From: Myxococcota bacterium | GTDB taxonomy: Bacteria > Myxococcota_A > UBA796 | DNA: 64,000 nucleotides | Direction of reading: 5' to 3' | NCBI GenBank assembly: GCA_047621685.1 | Contig: JBLHNG010000002.1 | Location: 2,350-66,349 of the forward strand | Notes under the pieces: model-generated | Databases searched by the model: none | Seen by the model: the letters and a program-made list of their open reading frames with translations, nothing else | Told to the model about the DNA's origin: nothing | Made by a program: the position numbers and the translations under genes | Part shown: positions 35,565 to 45,566 of the stretch, piece after piece | Numbering within the stretch: the stretch's first letter is position 1 | Layout of the letters: each line of letters begins with the position of its first letter

Positions 35565-35957
35565 ATGCTCACGTTCCTGCTCGCCTGTCTCAGCAGATCC
35601 CCCGCACCGGAGCCCGCGACTGTGTCCTCCGACAGCTCCACTCCCAGCCTCGTCGGCCAGTTCTCCCTGACCGCGTACCCGGGCATGGACGCCGTCGGTC
35701 CCAACGGCGAGCGCCCGATGCCGATGTCGAAGGACTACACCTTCACTGCGAACACCTACACGATGGATGGCTACCCGCCGCTGACCATCACCGGTCGATA
35801 TGCGGTGCTCACGACTGAAGCCGAGCGCCTTCAGATCCGGCTCACCGACACCGTGTTCGATGGCGATCCCAGCCCTGACCGGGAGGTCTGGGTGGACTTC
35901 AGCGACGGCGGCAAGACGCTGACCATGGAGGGCATGACGTACACCCGCCAGGAGTGA
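35565..35957 (+). CDS. hypothetical lipoprotein
   Basis: 130 aa with MLTFLLAC lipobox. Confidence 0.45.
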   Translation: MLTFLLACLSRSPAPEPATVSSDSSTPSLVGQFSLTAYPGMDAVGPNGERPMPMSKDYTFTANTYTMDGYPPLTITGRYAVLTTEAERLQIRLTDTVFDGDPSPDREVWVDFSDGGKTLTMEGMTYTRQE

Positions 35958-36118
35958 TTGTTGGACTGTGTGGGTGGTGAGCGAGCGGGTGTCCGGGTGG
36001 GGTCCGCTGGGCGGGTAGTCCAGGGGGAGCGACGACTGGACCTCAGCGCATGGGTGAGGGAGGACCCGCGATGCTGCCCTGCCTCCATGATCCCACTGGG
36101 ACCGGGGGCCGAGGCGAT

Positions 36119-36526
36119 CTACTCGATGGGCGCGCCCTGAGGCAGCGGCCAGTTCTCCACCGGCGGCAGCGGGGGCAGGCCGTCCATCGACTCCCGGGCC
36201 ACCGCACGTCGAGAGCGCTCGTCGATGTCGATGCCCACGTAGAAGTCCGCCAGCGCATTCCGCCAGGACGCCACCGCCACCCCGCACATCACCGGGGGCA
36301 CTGCGTCCATCTTCGCCCGGGCCTTGTTCCACTGACCCCAGGCCCCCCGGGGGTTTCCCCGTCGGAGGTGTTCGAGAGAGACCGCCGCCTGGATCAGCGC
36401 CTGGAGGGCCAGCTTCGTCTCCCCGGCTGCCGCACGCCAGGGCACCTCCAGCACCTCATGGGCCTCGTACCACTCCCGCGCCTGGATCAGCGCCACCCCG
36501 GCCGCGACTGCATCGTCTTCCATCAC
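36119..36526 (-). CDS. DUF309-domain protein
   Basis: 135 aa. ..LIQAREWYEAHEVLEVPWR....ALQALIQAAVSLEHLRRGN.RGA.. matches the DUF309 pattern. Confidence 0.6.
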   Translation of the reverse strand: MMEDDAVAAGVALIQAREWYEAHEVLEVPWRAAAGETKLALQALIQAAVSLEHLRRGNPRGAWGQWNKARAKMDAVPPVMCGVAVASWRNALADFYVGIDIDERSRRAVARESMDGLPPLPPVENWPLPQGAPIE

Positions 36527-36555
36527 CCATCTCCTCCACCGGATAGCTGCCCCCG

Positions 36556-37293
36556 ATGAGCCTACTCCTCCTCGGCGCCATTCTCATCCTGGCCTACGCC
36601 GTGCAGACCGCTGCCGGCTTCGGCGCGACGGTCCTGGCGGTGACGATCGGCTCGTTCTTCATGCCGATCGAAGAGCTGGTGCCGCTGCTGGTGCCGCTGT
36701 CCCTCGCTCAGACCCTGTGGATCGGCTGGCGACACCGCAAGCAGGTCGACACCGGCTACCTCCTTGGCCGCATCCTCCCGCTGATGGGCGCGGGCATGCT
36801 GGTCGGCTTCTACGCCCTGTCCGACCTCGGCGGGAGCAACCTCAAGCTTGCCTTTGCGCTGATGATCCTGGTGCTCTCCGTCCAGGAGCTGGTCGCGATG
36901 CGCCGCGGGACCGCTGCGGGAGCCGGCTCCGCAGTCACTGAGATCGTCGCCCTGCTGGGGGCCGGGGTCGTCCACGGCATCTTCGCCACCGGCGGGCCGC
37001 TGCTGGTCTACGCCGCCAGCCGTCGGGCGATGGACAAGGGCACCTTCCGCTCCACCCTCATCGTCGTCTGGCTGCCGCTCAACGCCGTGCTCTGCACCCA
37101 GCTCATCGTCGCGGAGCGCCTCACCACGGCTCAGGCCCCCACCGTCGGCCTCCTCCTGCTCACCCTCCCCCTCGGGGTCTGGCTGGGCGAGCGCATCCAC
37201 GACCGGGTCGATGAGACCCGCTTCCGCAAGATGGTGTTCACCCTGCTCTTCGTCGCGGCGCTGATCTCACTGGGCGGCGTGCTCGCGGGCTGA
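36556..37293 (+). CDS. TauE/SafE-family sulfite/anion exporter membrane protein
   Basis: 245 aa, multi-TM. N-terminus LLGAILILAYAVQTAAGFGATVLAV is typical of TauE. Confidence 0.75.
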   Translation: MSLLLLGAILILAYAVQTAAGFGATVLAVTIGSFFMPIEELVPLLVPLSLAQTLWIGWRHRKQVDTGYLLGRILPLMGAGMLVGFYALSDLGGSNLKLAFALMILVLSVQELVAMRRGTAAGAGSAVTEIVALLGAGVVHGIFATGGPLLVYAASRRAMDKGTFRSTLIVVWLPLNAVLCTQLIVAERLTTAQAPTVGLLLLTLPLGVWLGERIHDRVDETRFRKMVFTLLFVAALISLGGVLAG

Positions 37294-37301
37294 GGCCGAG
37301 C

Positions 37302-37931
37302 CTACTCCGCCATCGCCATCGGCACGAACCGCTCCGAGCCAATCACCCGATCGAGCCAGTCCCGAATTGCCGGGTAGGCGACGAGGGAGAAGCCGGCCTC
37401 GGGAGCGACGTGGGTGTAGGCGAACAGGGCCACATCGGCGATGGTCAGCCGCCCCGCAATGAAGAAGGGGTTGGTGGTCAGGTGCTGCTCCATGACCGAC
37501 AGCGCCGCTGAGCCGCGGGTCCGGAGTCGATCCTCAGTGCCCTTGGGCTGCCCCTCCAGGTTGCCCCACCGGTAGAGGTATCGGAGCACAGCGATGTTCG
37601 GCTCATGGCTGTACTGCTCGAAGAACATCCACTGGAGCGTCTGGGCCGCCTGGAGCGGGCTGCGCGGCAGGTAGGGGGTGCCAGCAGCGAGGTAGAACAG
37701 GATGGCGTTGGACTCGGCGAGGTTGGTGCCGTCCGCCAGCTGCAGCAGCGGCACGCGGCCATTGAGATTGAGCGCGAGGAACTCTGGCGTGCGGTTCTCT
37801 GGCGGGTTCGCGAGGATGTCCAGCGCCGTGGTCGGACAACGCAGCCCCTGCAGGGCTAGCTGAAGCTGCACCTTGTAGCAGTTGCCCGACGGGATTTTAG
37901 AGATGAAGAGTCGTGTTGGTGGTGGCTTCAC
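37302..37931 (-). CDS. glutathione S-transferase
   Basis: GTG 37931 start inferred (VKPPPTRLFISKIP..). ..GRVPLLQLADGTNLAESNAILFYL.. is a GST N-domain, followed by a C-terminal helical domain. Confidence 0.75.
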   Translation of the reverse strand: MKPPPTRLFISKIPSGNCYKVQLQLALQGLRCPTTALDILANPPENRTPEFLALNLNGRVPLLQLADGTNLAESNAILFYLAAGTPYLPRSPLQAAQTLQWMFFEQYSHEPNIAVLRYLYRWGNLEGQPKGTEDRLRTRGSAALSVMEQHLTTNPFFIAGRLTIADVALFAYTHVAPEAGFSLVAYPAIRDWLDRVIGSERFVPMAMAE

Positions 37932-37987
37932 GCGGGGTCTCCCTGGCCCCCCTGTATCCGGCAACGGCATCCGCGGGCGCCTGACGA

Positions 37988-39934
37988 TTGCGCATGCAGA
38001 CAAATTCCATCAACATGGGGCCGATGCTTATTCTGATTACACTGCTGGGCTGCTCCAAAGACCTCGACGAGGACGGATACGACGACAATTCCGACTGCGA
38101 TGACAGCAACGCGACCGTCTACCCGGGCGCGCTGGAGTCATGCAACGGCATCGACGACAACTGCGATGGTGCCGGTGACGACGGCGCACACGATGCCCTC
38201 GACTGGTTCGGCGATGCCGACGGGGACGGCTTCGGCGTCTCCTCGGAGTACACCGAGGCCTGCGAAGCACCCGACGGCTACGTCGACAACATCGACGACT
38301 GCGACGACACTGCGGCGACCACCTACCCCGGCGCCGACGAGCTGTGCGATGGGGCGGACAACGACTGCGACGATGAGGTCGATGAGGACGGGGCGGTGGA
38401 CTCCCCGACCTGGTACTTCGACGGCGACTTCGACGGCTTCGCGGCTGGCGACAAGACCCAGGTCACCTGCAACCAGCCCTCCGGCTACCTCGCGGAGAGC
38501 ACCGACTGCGACGACACCAACGACGGGGTCTACCCGGGTGCCACAGAGGTCTGTGGGGACGGCGTGATCAACGACTGCGATGCCAGCGTCACCGACGCAG
38601 TGGATGCCTGCGGGCTCGGCTCGGAGATCGACCTGACCGACGCCCGCGCCGTCTTCGTGGGCGAGGACCGCTACGGCGAGGCTGGCTTCGCGGTCAGCCA
38701 GGCCGGCGACTTCAACGGCGACGGCCTGGGCGATGTCATCATCGGCGCGCCCTACCACGACGAGGCCAGCGAGGACGACGGGCGGGCCTACATCATCTTC
38801 GGCGATGCCAGCGGTGAGGTCGATCTCTCAACCGCCGACGCCACCTTCACCGGCTTCAGCGGCAACGACTTCGCCGGGTACTCGGTCGCGGGTCTGGGGG
38901 ACTGGGACGGCGACGGGCTCGATGATGTCGCCATCGGGGCCAACCAGGCGGGGGTGTATGTGGTGGCCGGCGGCAGCCTCGGCGACCTCGTCCCCTCGGA
39001 GTCCTACGCCCGACTCGCTGGCGGTAACTACGCGGTCGGCGCGGCGGGCGACCTCAACGGCGACGGACTGGCCGACCTCATCGCCGGCAATCCCTACGAC
39101 GACACCAACCTCGAAAACGGCGGCATCGTCTACCTCGTGCTCGGCGGCGTCTCCGGCAACCCCTCCCTCGGCGGAAGCGCCGATGCGAAGCTGTACGGCA
39201 GCGAGGAGAGCGGACTGACTGGCTGGGTGGTCTCGGGAACCGGCGACTTCGACGGCGACGGCTTCGACGACATCATCATCGGCGCCCCCTACGAGGACAG
39301 CCCCGAGGATGGAACCTCAAACGCCGGCTGCGTCTGGATCGTCTCCGGCGATGACCGCGCAAACGCCGACATCGCAGACGTCATGACCGCCCGATACTGC
39401 GGCACGGGGGAGAACGAGTTCCTCGGCTGGTCGGTCTCTGGGGCCGGGGACATCGACGACGATGGTCTCGACGACGCGGTCTTCGGCGCACCGGGCAACA
39501 CCGAAGGCGGCGGGGATGCCGGGGCGGCGTTCATCGCACAGGGCGGCGAGGACGGCGACTTCGGGTCCGAGGATGCCTACGCCATCCTCCTGGGCACCGG
39601 CGGCGAGGCTGGAAGCTCGGTCTCCGAGGGTGGCGACGTCAACGGCGACGGCCGGGCCGACCTGCTCGTCGGTGCGCCCGAAGAAGACGACGGCGGCGCG
39701 AACTCCGGAACCGCCTACCTCATCCTCGGCGGCATCTCCGGAACCTTCGACCTCGCCAATGCCGACACGAAGCTGTACGGCACCCAGAGCAACGAGTACG
39801 CGGGGTGGTCGATCTCGACGGCTGGAGACGTCAACAACGACGGCCTCTCCGACATGCTCGTCGGCGCCTACCTCAACGATGAGGGCGGCGAGGAGGCCGG
39901 TGCGGCCTACGTGGTGCTGGCGGGCGGGTACTGA
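37988..39934 (+). CDS. lipoprotein with MopE-type 'putative metal-binding' Cys/Asp motifs and FG-GAP (integrin-alpha-like) repeats
   Basis: 648 aa with lipobox ITLLGC. Three CDD..x..YPGA.E.C.G.D.DCD units, then about 7 repeats of ..G..V..AGD.NGDG..D..(I/V)GA... Confidence 0.8.
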   Translation: MRMQTNSINMGPMLILITLLGCSKDLDEDGYDDNSDCDDSNATVYPGALESCNGIDDNCDGAGDDGAHDALDWFGDADGDGFGVSSEYTEACEAPDGYVDNIDDCDDTAATTYPGADELCDGADNDCDDEVDEDGAVDSPTWYFDGDFDGFAAGDKTQVTCNQPSGYLAESTDCDDTNDGVYPGATEVCGDGVINDCDASVTDAVDACGLGSEIDLTDARAVFVGEDRYGEAGFAVSQAGDFNGDGLGDVIIGAPYHDEASEDDGRAYIIFGDASGEVDLSTADATFTGFSGNDFAGYSVAGLGDWDGDGLDDVAIGANQAGVYVVAGGSLGDLVPSESYARLAGGNYAVGAAGDLNGDGLADLIAGNPYDDTNLENGGIVYLVLGGVSGNPSLGGSADAKLYGSEESGLTGWVVSGTGDFDGDGFDDIIIGAPYEDSPEDGTSNAGCVWIVSGDDRANADIADVMTARYCGTGENEFLGWSVSGAGDIDDDGLDDAVFGAPGNTEGGGDAGAAFIAQGGEDGDFGSEDAYAILLGTGGEAGSSVSEGGDVNGDGRADLLVGAPEEDDGGANSGTAYLILGGISGTFDLANADTKLYGTQSNEYAGWSISTAGDVNNDGLSDMLVGAYLNDEGGEEAGAAYVVLAGGY

Positions 39935-40045
39935 GGTCTCAGGCCCCGACGTGAGCGGATCTGGCTACGGGTGCTCACCACACCGTCAAGTCGCCTCCCC
40001 CTCCCCTGTGGGTGTGATACCCGCCTGGGGCAGGAGGACACACCA

Positions 40046-40378
40046 ATGAGCTGGGAACGAACCTGGCGACTCAAGAAGTCGCGTCTGAAGATGGACACGA
40101 TCAAGGACGCAGCGACAAAGGTCGCCCGGGACTACGCCGGAGTTCGCCCGGAGGTCGAGAAGGACGGCGAGGACATCCTCTGCACCTTCTTCGTGCCCAC
40201 CGAGGCTGACAGCAAGGAAGAGAAGGAGATCGAGGTCTCAATCTACAACCTCGGCGGAGACGGCCACGTCATCAGCCTGGAAGCCGACGCCGCGGACAAC
40301 CATGAGGTCTGGGACGACGCCAGTCAGCTCGCCGAGGACCTCGCTGAGCGCCTCAACGCCAGCGAGCTGGAGCTGTAG
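40046..40378 (+). CDS. hypothetical small acidic protein
   Basis: ATG 40046 preceded by CAGGAGGA. 110 aa, no family recognised. Confidence 0.45.
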   Translation: MSWERTWRLKKSRLKMDTIKDAATKVARDYAGVRPEVEKDGEDILCTFFVPTEADSKEEKEIEVSIYNLGGDGHVISLEADAADNHEVWDDASQLAEDLAERLNASELEL

Positions 40379-40381
40379 CGA

Positions 40382-40669
40382 CTACCGAAAGCGACGCGCC
40401 CGACGCTGCCCCGACAGCGACCGGACCATCAGCGGGTAGACATCGGCGTGATCATTGTCCGGGTCATACCGACGGAACCTCGACCACCTCCGAGACGGGA
40501 TCATGCGAATCGTGTCGCAGATCGGCCAGACCCGCTCCGGCCTGACCTCCTCCCATGCCCCCACCAGCGCCGCCGCATCCACCGCCGCCAGCGCATCCCA
40601 CCAGGCCACCACCGCAGCCTGATCATGCGCACACATCTGAGCCACGACCCGCTCGGGAATCGGAACCAT
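40382..40669 (-). CDS. hypothetical protein
   Basis: 95-aa ORF convergent with the previous gene. Weak support. Confidence 0.35.
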   Translation of the reverse strand: MVPIPERVVAQMCAHDQAAVVAWWDALAAVDAAALVGAWEEVRPERVWPICDTIRMIPSRRWSRFRRYDPDNDHADVYPLMVRSLSGQRRARRFR

Positions 40670-40781
40670 ACGCCCTCCACTCCCGACTCCATGTCGGGAT
40701 AAGCATCATATTTAGCGGTTTTTCGAGCACTTGCGCAACCACGTACAGCTCTGATATGCTAGACTGCAGAGGTCAACTTCA

Positions 40782-41216
40782 ATGTCGAGACGCTTCCTGG
40801 TCCTGGTCCTGCTGTGTGCCTGCGGTGACAAATCCGACGATGAAACCGACGATGAGAGCAGCGACAGCGGCATCACGACCGGCGGCTCCTCCGATGTTGC
40901 CGGGGACTGGGAGGGGGTCTGCGCCTTCCCAGACGGCGACATCAACATCGACATGGTGCTCAACCAGACCGACCGCGACCTGACCGGCGGTGCGGACATC
41001 TGGATCGTCGAGGGCAGCGACAAGGTGCTGGAGTACGATGGCAACGTCACCGGCATCGTCACCCTCGACAACGTCGACATGGAGCTGGACGCCGACAAGT
41101 ACGGCACCCTCAAGATGGACGCTTACCTCTCTAAAGGCTCCCAGGACGGCGAGAAGCTGATCGGGACCTGCAAGACCCCCGCTGGGGACTCCGGCAACCT
41201 CGCCCTGTCGCGCTGA
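40782..41216 (+). CDS. hypothetical lipoprotein
   Basis: 144 aa with lipobox LLCAC and an acidic linker. Confidence 0.5.
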   Translation: MSRRFLVLVLLCACGDKSDDETDDESSDSGITTGGSSDVAGDWEGVCAFPDGDINIDMVLNQTDRDLTGGADIWIVEGSDKVLEYDGNVTGIVTLDNVDMELDADKYGTLKMDAYLSKGSQDGEKLIGTCKTPAGDSGNLALSR

Positions 41217-41224
41217 GGGGCGGC

Positions 41225-41803
41225 GTGTCTCGTCTGGCATGGGCGATCTCGGGGATCCTCGGACTCGGCCTGATCGCGACGACGCTGGACAACCGGCGCC
41301 TCCGTGGTGTCCTCGCCGACCTCCGTCAGCAGCAGCGCAGCACACCGACCGCCCCCGAGGTCGCCAGCCTCGGTCCCCACGGCGAGGTCCATCCCCCTCC
41401 AAGCGCCCCGACGCCTCAGGCTGCGCAGCCCCAGCGTCCCCCGCCCGCCAAAGCCCCGGTCGCCCAGCAGGTCGAGGATGCCGTCCAGGCCCGTCTGGCC
41501 GCGCAGCACGCCGAGCGCGTCCGCCGAATGCAGGCCCAGGCCGCCGATGCAGTGGATGACTTCGCCGACGACGCCGAGCTGTCGAACGATGAGCGCGAGG
41601 CGATGCACGACATCCTCCGCGACACCCTCACAGAGCTGGTCGACGCCTGGGAGCACCATGCGGACGATGTCGGCGGCGAGGCGATGCAGGTGGAGGTCGC
41701 CGAGATCCGCGACGAGCTGGATGACGCCCTGGTCGAGCTGCTGGGCGAGGACAGCGCCGATGCGTTCCAGGCCACCTTCGGCCCCGTCTCCTGGCAGCGT
41801 TAG
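41225..41803 (+). CDS. hypothetical membrane-anchored protein
   Basis: 192 aa (GTG start) with an N-terminal TM segment, a Pro-rich linker and an acidic helical C-terminus. Confidence 0.45.
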   Translation: MSRLAWAISGILGLGLIATTLDNRRLRGVLADLRQQQRSTPTAPEVASLGPHGEVHPPPSAPTPQAAQPQRPPPAKAPVAQQVEDAVQARLAAQHAERVRRMQAQAADAVDDFADDAELSNDEREAMHDILRDTLTELVDAWEHHADDVGGEAMQVEVAEIRDELDDALVELLGEDSADAFQATFGPVSWQR

Positions 41804-41812
41804 GGAAGGTCC

Positions 41813-42214
41813 ATGCAGCGACTTCCCAGCGACTGGATCCAGGACGGCTACGACATCCACGTCGTCTACACCCCGCCCCACCAGGCCGGGGCCCACGCCC
41901 TTCACCATGCGTTTCTCGCCTTCCTCACCGCTCAGGGCATTCCCTATGACCGTCCGATCATCTTCGAGGATCCGGTCGGTCCCTGGCCCACCTCGATGTG
42001 GCAGGTCCTGCTCAAGAACCCAGACCCCGCCGCCATCGAGCGCGACCTGGGCAGGTGTGTGGCGTGGATGATGATCAACCGCGGCGGGCTGTCGGTGATG
42101 ATCCACCCGAACACAACGGCGGAGAGCGGCTTCGGCGGACACCTCGCGGACCACCGCGACTACCGGCTGTGGATGGGCGAACCCCAGGTGCTGAAGCTCG
42201 ACATCTTCCGCTGA
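41813..42214 (+). CDS. DOPA 4,5-dioxygenase-family protein
   Basis: 133 aa. YDIHVVY..A..L...F, and ..NRGGLSVMIHPNT....DHRDYRLWMGEPQVLKLDIF fits the DOPA_dioxygen family pattern. Confidence 0.65.
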   Translation: MQRLPSDWIQDGYDIHVVYTPPHQAGAHALHHAFLAFLTAQGIPYDRPIIFEDPVGPWPTSMWQVLLKNPDPAAIERDLGRCVAWMMINRGGLSVMIHPNTTAESGFGGHLADHRDYRLWMGEPQVLKLDIFR

Positions 42215-42217
42215 AGT

Positions 42218-43372
42218 CTATGGGCCGGTGTAGGTGTAGAGCCGGTAGTCATTGGGCTCGCCGACGATGAGCATGTCCTGATCGTCGTTGATCGTGATGC
42301 CCTCCGGCTTGCTCATTGTGACGCTGAAGTCCGTCACGATGCTCCCGGACAGGTCCACATCGAGCACCACCGAGTCCTCATGGCTGAGCACCATCAGCCG
42401 ATCGGTCCGGGCGTCGTATCGGCAGCTTGAGATGTCGCCGATGGTGTCACCGAGGGCCGCGTCGGCGTCGAAGGGCTCGACCACCACGAGTCCGTCGTCG
42501 TAGGAGGCGTCCGCGGAGTCGGTGGGTCGGGAGAAGGTGTAGATGGTCATCGGGTTCTTCTCCACACACACCCAGAACGTCTCGCTCACCGGATCGTATG
42601 CGACCCCCTCCCCGCCGCTGTTGGAGGAGGTGGGCGAGTCGGCGAAGGTGATCACCTGGAAGGTGTCGAGGTCGATGGTGGTCTCGTCCTCGGGCACGAC
42701 GCCGATGTACATCGCGCCATCCTCCGCGACAAAGGCGAACTCATGGTCGCTGCCGTCCGAGCCGAGGTAGACGATGTCCTCCAGGTCGCTGTGGTCGACG
42801 TTCTCCAGGGTGATCTCCCGGAGGTGGGTGAAGTCGGCGTCCAGCTCATCCAGCCGCCGGTTGCCGTCCCGGATGCCCATGTAGGTGCCGGTCATCGGGT
42901 TCCAGGTGACCCCGGAGAGGTTGGCGCCGATCTCTTTGATCTCCCCGAAGATCTTGTCGTCGGTGTAGTGGGCCAGCGGCGAGTCAGGGACATCGCAGTC
43001 GAGGATCAGGGCGGCGTCGGTGTCGTCGCAGTCCGCTCCACCGTGCGCCTCGGCGTCTTCCCCGTCGCCATCAGCATCGTAGTCGCTGCCGCCGTCGCAG
43101 TCGCCGTCCACGCCGTCGTAGTAGACCTCCTCGGCATCGGGGTGGACGGCAGCGTCGGTGTCGTCGCAGTCGTCGCCGCCGTGGACCTCGTCGATGTAGC
43201 CGTCGTCGTCTTCGTCGAGGTCTGGCTCGGCGGTCTCGGTCGGCTCGGCGGTCTCGGTCGGCTCGGCAGTCTCGGTGGAATCGCCGGTGTCGATGGGCGC
43301 CTGGGTGTCGTCTTCGATGGTGCCCGGGGTGCAGGACAGCAGCAGGGCGAACGGGAGGCAGAGCATCTTCAT
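42218..43372 (-). CDS. SdiA-regulated-domain-like beta-propeller lipoprotein with MopE-type motif(s)
   Basis: 384 aa with lipobox LLLSC and a (TAEPTE)3 linker. CDDTDAAVHPDAEE..DGDCDG unit. C-terminal ..LSGVTWNPMTGTY.. propeller-like region. Confidence 0.55.
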   Translation of the reverse strand: MKMLCLPFALLLSCTPGTIEDDTQAPIDTGDSTETAEPTETAEPTETAEPDLDEDDDGYIDEVHGGDDCDDTDAAVHPDAEEVYYDGVDGDCDGGSDYDADGDGEDAEAHGGADCDDTDAALILDCDVPDSPLAHYTDDKIFGEIKEIGANLSGVTWNPMTGTYMGIRDGNRRLDELDADFTHLREITLENVDHSDLEDIVYLGSDGSDHEFAFVAEDGAMYIGVVPEDETTIDLDTFQVITFADSPTSSNSGGEGVAYDPVSETFWVCVEKNPMTIYTFSRPTDSADASYDDGLVVVEPFDADAALGDTIGDISSCRYDARTDRLMVLSHEDSVVLDVDLSGSIVTDFSVTMSKPEGITINDDQDMLIVGEPNDYRLYTYTGP

Positions 43373-43399
43373 GGCGTCACCATGCCAGATGAGTCGCCG

Positions 43400-43891
43400 T
43401 CAGGGACAGCCTGTTTCCCCACTCACCTCCACGAAGATGAAGCAGTCGTCCCCCTCACACCCCGCCAATCCGGCGTCCGCCACCCACGCCCCGCCGCACT
43501 CTGCCAGCCCGTCCGCGAGCCCGACCACCACCCGCACCGGGCTGTAGTACCCCATGTCGTCCCCGACCCGCAGCGTGCGCCGGGTCAGCGAGAGGTAGTC
43601 GACCTCCCCGTCATAGACACTCCGAGACACCGCATCAGAAGCCTCATTGTAGAGACACGCCGCGCCGGACTCCCCGGTGCTGGCCCAGCTCGGACAGTCT
43701 GCACCGAGGTCGAGGCTGGACATGCGCCACAGCCCCTCCAGCAGCCCCGTCCGTGGCAGGCCGGTCAGCAACGTCTCGGACAGTCCGAAGTGCTCCGAGA
43801 GCACCGCCTGACAGCCCGCAGAGAACGCATCGCAGGCAGCGACGGCCTCGGGCCAGACCTCGGGAGCAGCACAGGAAAGGAGCAGGATCAC
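43400..43891 (-). CDS. hypothetical Cys-rich lipoprotein
   Basis: 163 aa (GTG start), MILLLSC lipobox. Confidence 0.45.
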   Translation of the reverse strand: MILLLSCAAPEVWPEAVAACDAFSAGCQAVLSEHFGLSETLLTGLPRTGLLEGLWRMSSLDLGADCPSWASTGESGAACLYNEASDAVSRSVYDGEVDYLSLTRRTLRVGDDMGYYSPVRVVVGLADGLAECGGAWVADAGLAGCEGDDCFIFVEVSGETGCP

Positions 43892-43913
43892 TCAGGGAGG
43901 ATATCGTGAGACT

Positions 43914-45503
43914 GTGCTGAATGACGACGTGCTCTTCTCCCGCCTCGCGACCCTGCTCGCCCCGCTCTACACCGACGAGCTGACGGGGCGGCCGGTGCGG
44001 GATCCCCAGCGGGTCGCCCAGGCCGTCGAGCTGATGCGCAGCCTGCCCCGGACCGTCTGGCTCAACCGGCTGCGGACCCTGCCCCTCACCTTCATCAACC
44101 TCTCCGGGCTCGACCTCGCCGGAGTGTGGCTGTCGCGAACCACCCTGAACAGCAGCCGCCTCCTGGGATGCGACCTCACCGGTGCGGACTTCCGTGAGGC
44201 GAACCTCATCTCCGCCGGCCTCTCTGGAGCGGACCTCTCGGGCGCCTGGATGTACAGGGCCAACCTTCTCGATTCGGATCTTCGCGGCGCGAATCTCTCC
44301 GATGCAGACCTCTCGGGTGCCGATCTCCGCGGCGCGAACCTCACCGACGCCACCCTCACCGGGGCACGCTTCACCGGCGCCATCTGCAATGCAAAGACGA
44401 CCTGGCCTGACGAACCCCCACCCGACGCCCACCACCTCGCGCCCAGCCTGTCCGCCCCGGGAGCCGACCTCTCGGAGCAGCATATCAACGGCACTGACCT
44501 GACCGGCGCGGACTTCTCCGGGGCCAACCTTCGCCGCGCGGAGATCCGCAGCTCAACCTTCACCGACGCCGACCTCTCCGGTGCCGACCTCTCCGGGTCT
44601 GACCTCCGGGGCACCCGGCTCGACGGTGCCAACCTCCATGGGGCCCGGTTCGACGGCGCCCTGGTCAACGAAGAGACCATCTGGACGGGCACTCCGCCAG
44701 CCGGGATCCTCCGACTCGCGCCCGGAATGGTCGCGGAGGGCGCGGACTTCAGCAACTACATCCTGTACGGAGTCGACCTCACCGACGCGAGGCTGTCCGG
44801 CACCCGGATGCGGGGCACCAACCTGGACCGCTCCATCCTGGAGGGCGCTGATCTGCGGCAGGCCGACCTGAGACAGGCCAACATCGGCGATGCCCGGCTG
44901 CGGGGGGCGGACCTGTCTGGCGCGGACCTCACCGGGGCGCAGCTGAAGCGATTCGGATCGGGCTGGATGAACACCCGCGACATCTCCCTTCGGCTCGCTC
45001 GGCTCCCTGGCGCAGTGCTCCAGCGCCGCGATCTGTCTGGTTCCGACCTCACCGGGGCCGATCTCCGCGGCGTCTCCTTTGAGCGCTCCATTCTCCAGGG
45101 CGTCTCGCTGCGAGAGGCCGACCTCACCGACGCCAACCTCTCCCTTGCCGACCTGAGGGGCTGCGACCTCACCGGCGCGAAGCTCGCCCCCGGCCAGCTC
45201 GCCTGGGCCATTCGGGATGACACCACCCTCTCGGATCACCCCCTCCCGCCGCCCGAGATCCGCTCTGGTGCCAGCCTCTCCGGGATCCACCTCTCGCGAT
45301 GTTGGATGAAGAACCTCGACCTCTCCAACACCAACCTCACCGACGCCGACCTGCGGGGGTCCAACCTCTCCGGTGCGGATCTCACCGGTGCCATCCTCTC
45401 TGATACCCGCTTCAACCGCGCCCGCTACAGCACCACCACCCGCTGGCCCGACGGCTTCGACCCAACCGATCCCACCCACGGTCTCCGACTCCGCGATGGC
45501 TGA
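43914..45503 (+). CDS. large pentapeptide-repeat protein
   Basis: 529 aa (GTG start). Long runs of A(D/N)L.. pentapeptides ([53 protein letters not shown] ..) arranged in several blocks. Confidence 0.9.
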   Translation: [529 protein letters not shown]

Positions 45504-45566
45504 GCCGCCGCTCACCATCGAGGGCTTGTAGCGACTTCGGTATGATGGCGCCCGGAGGTTTCCCCC

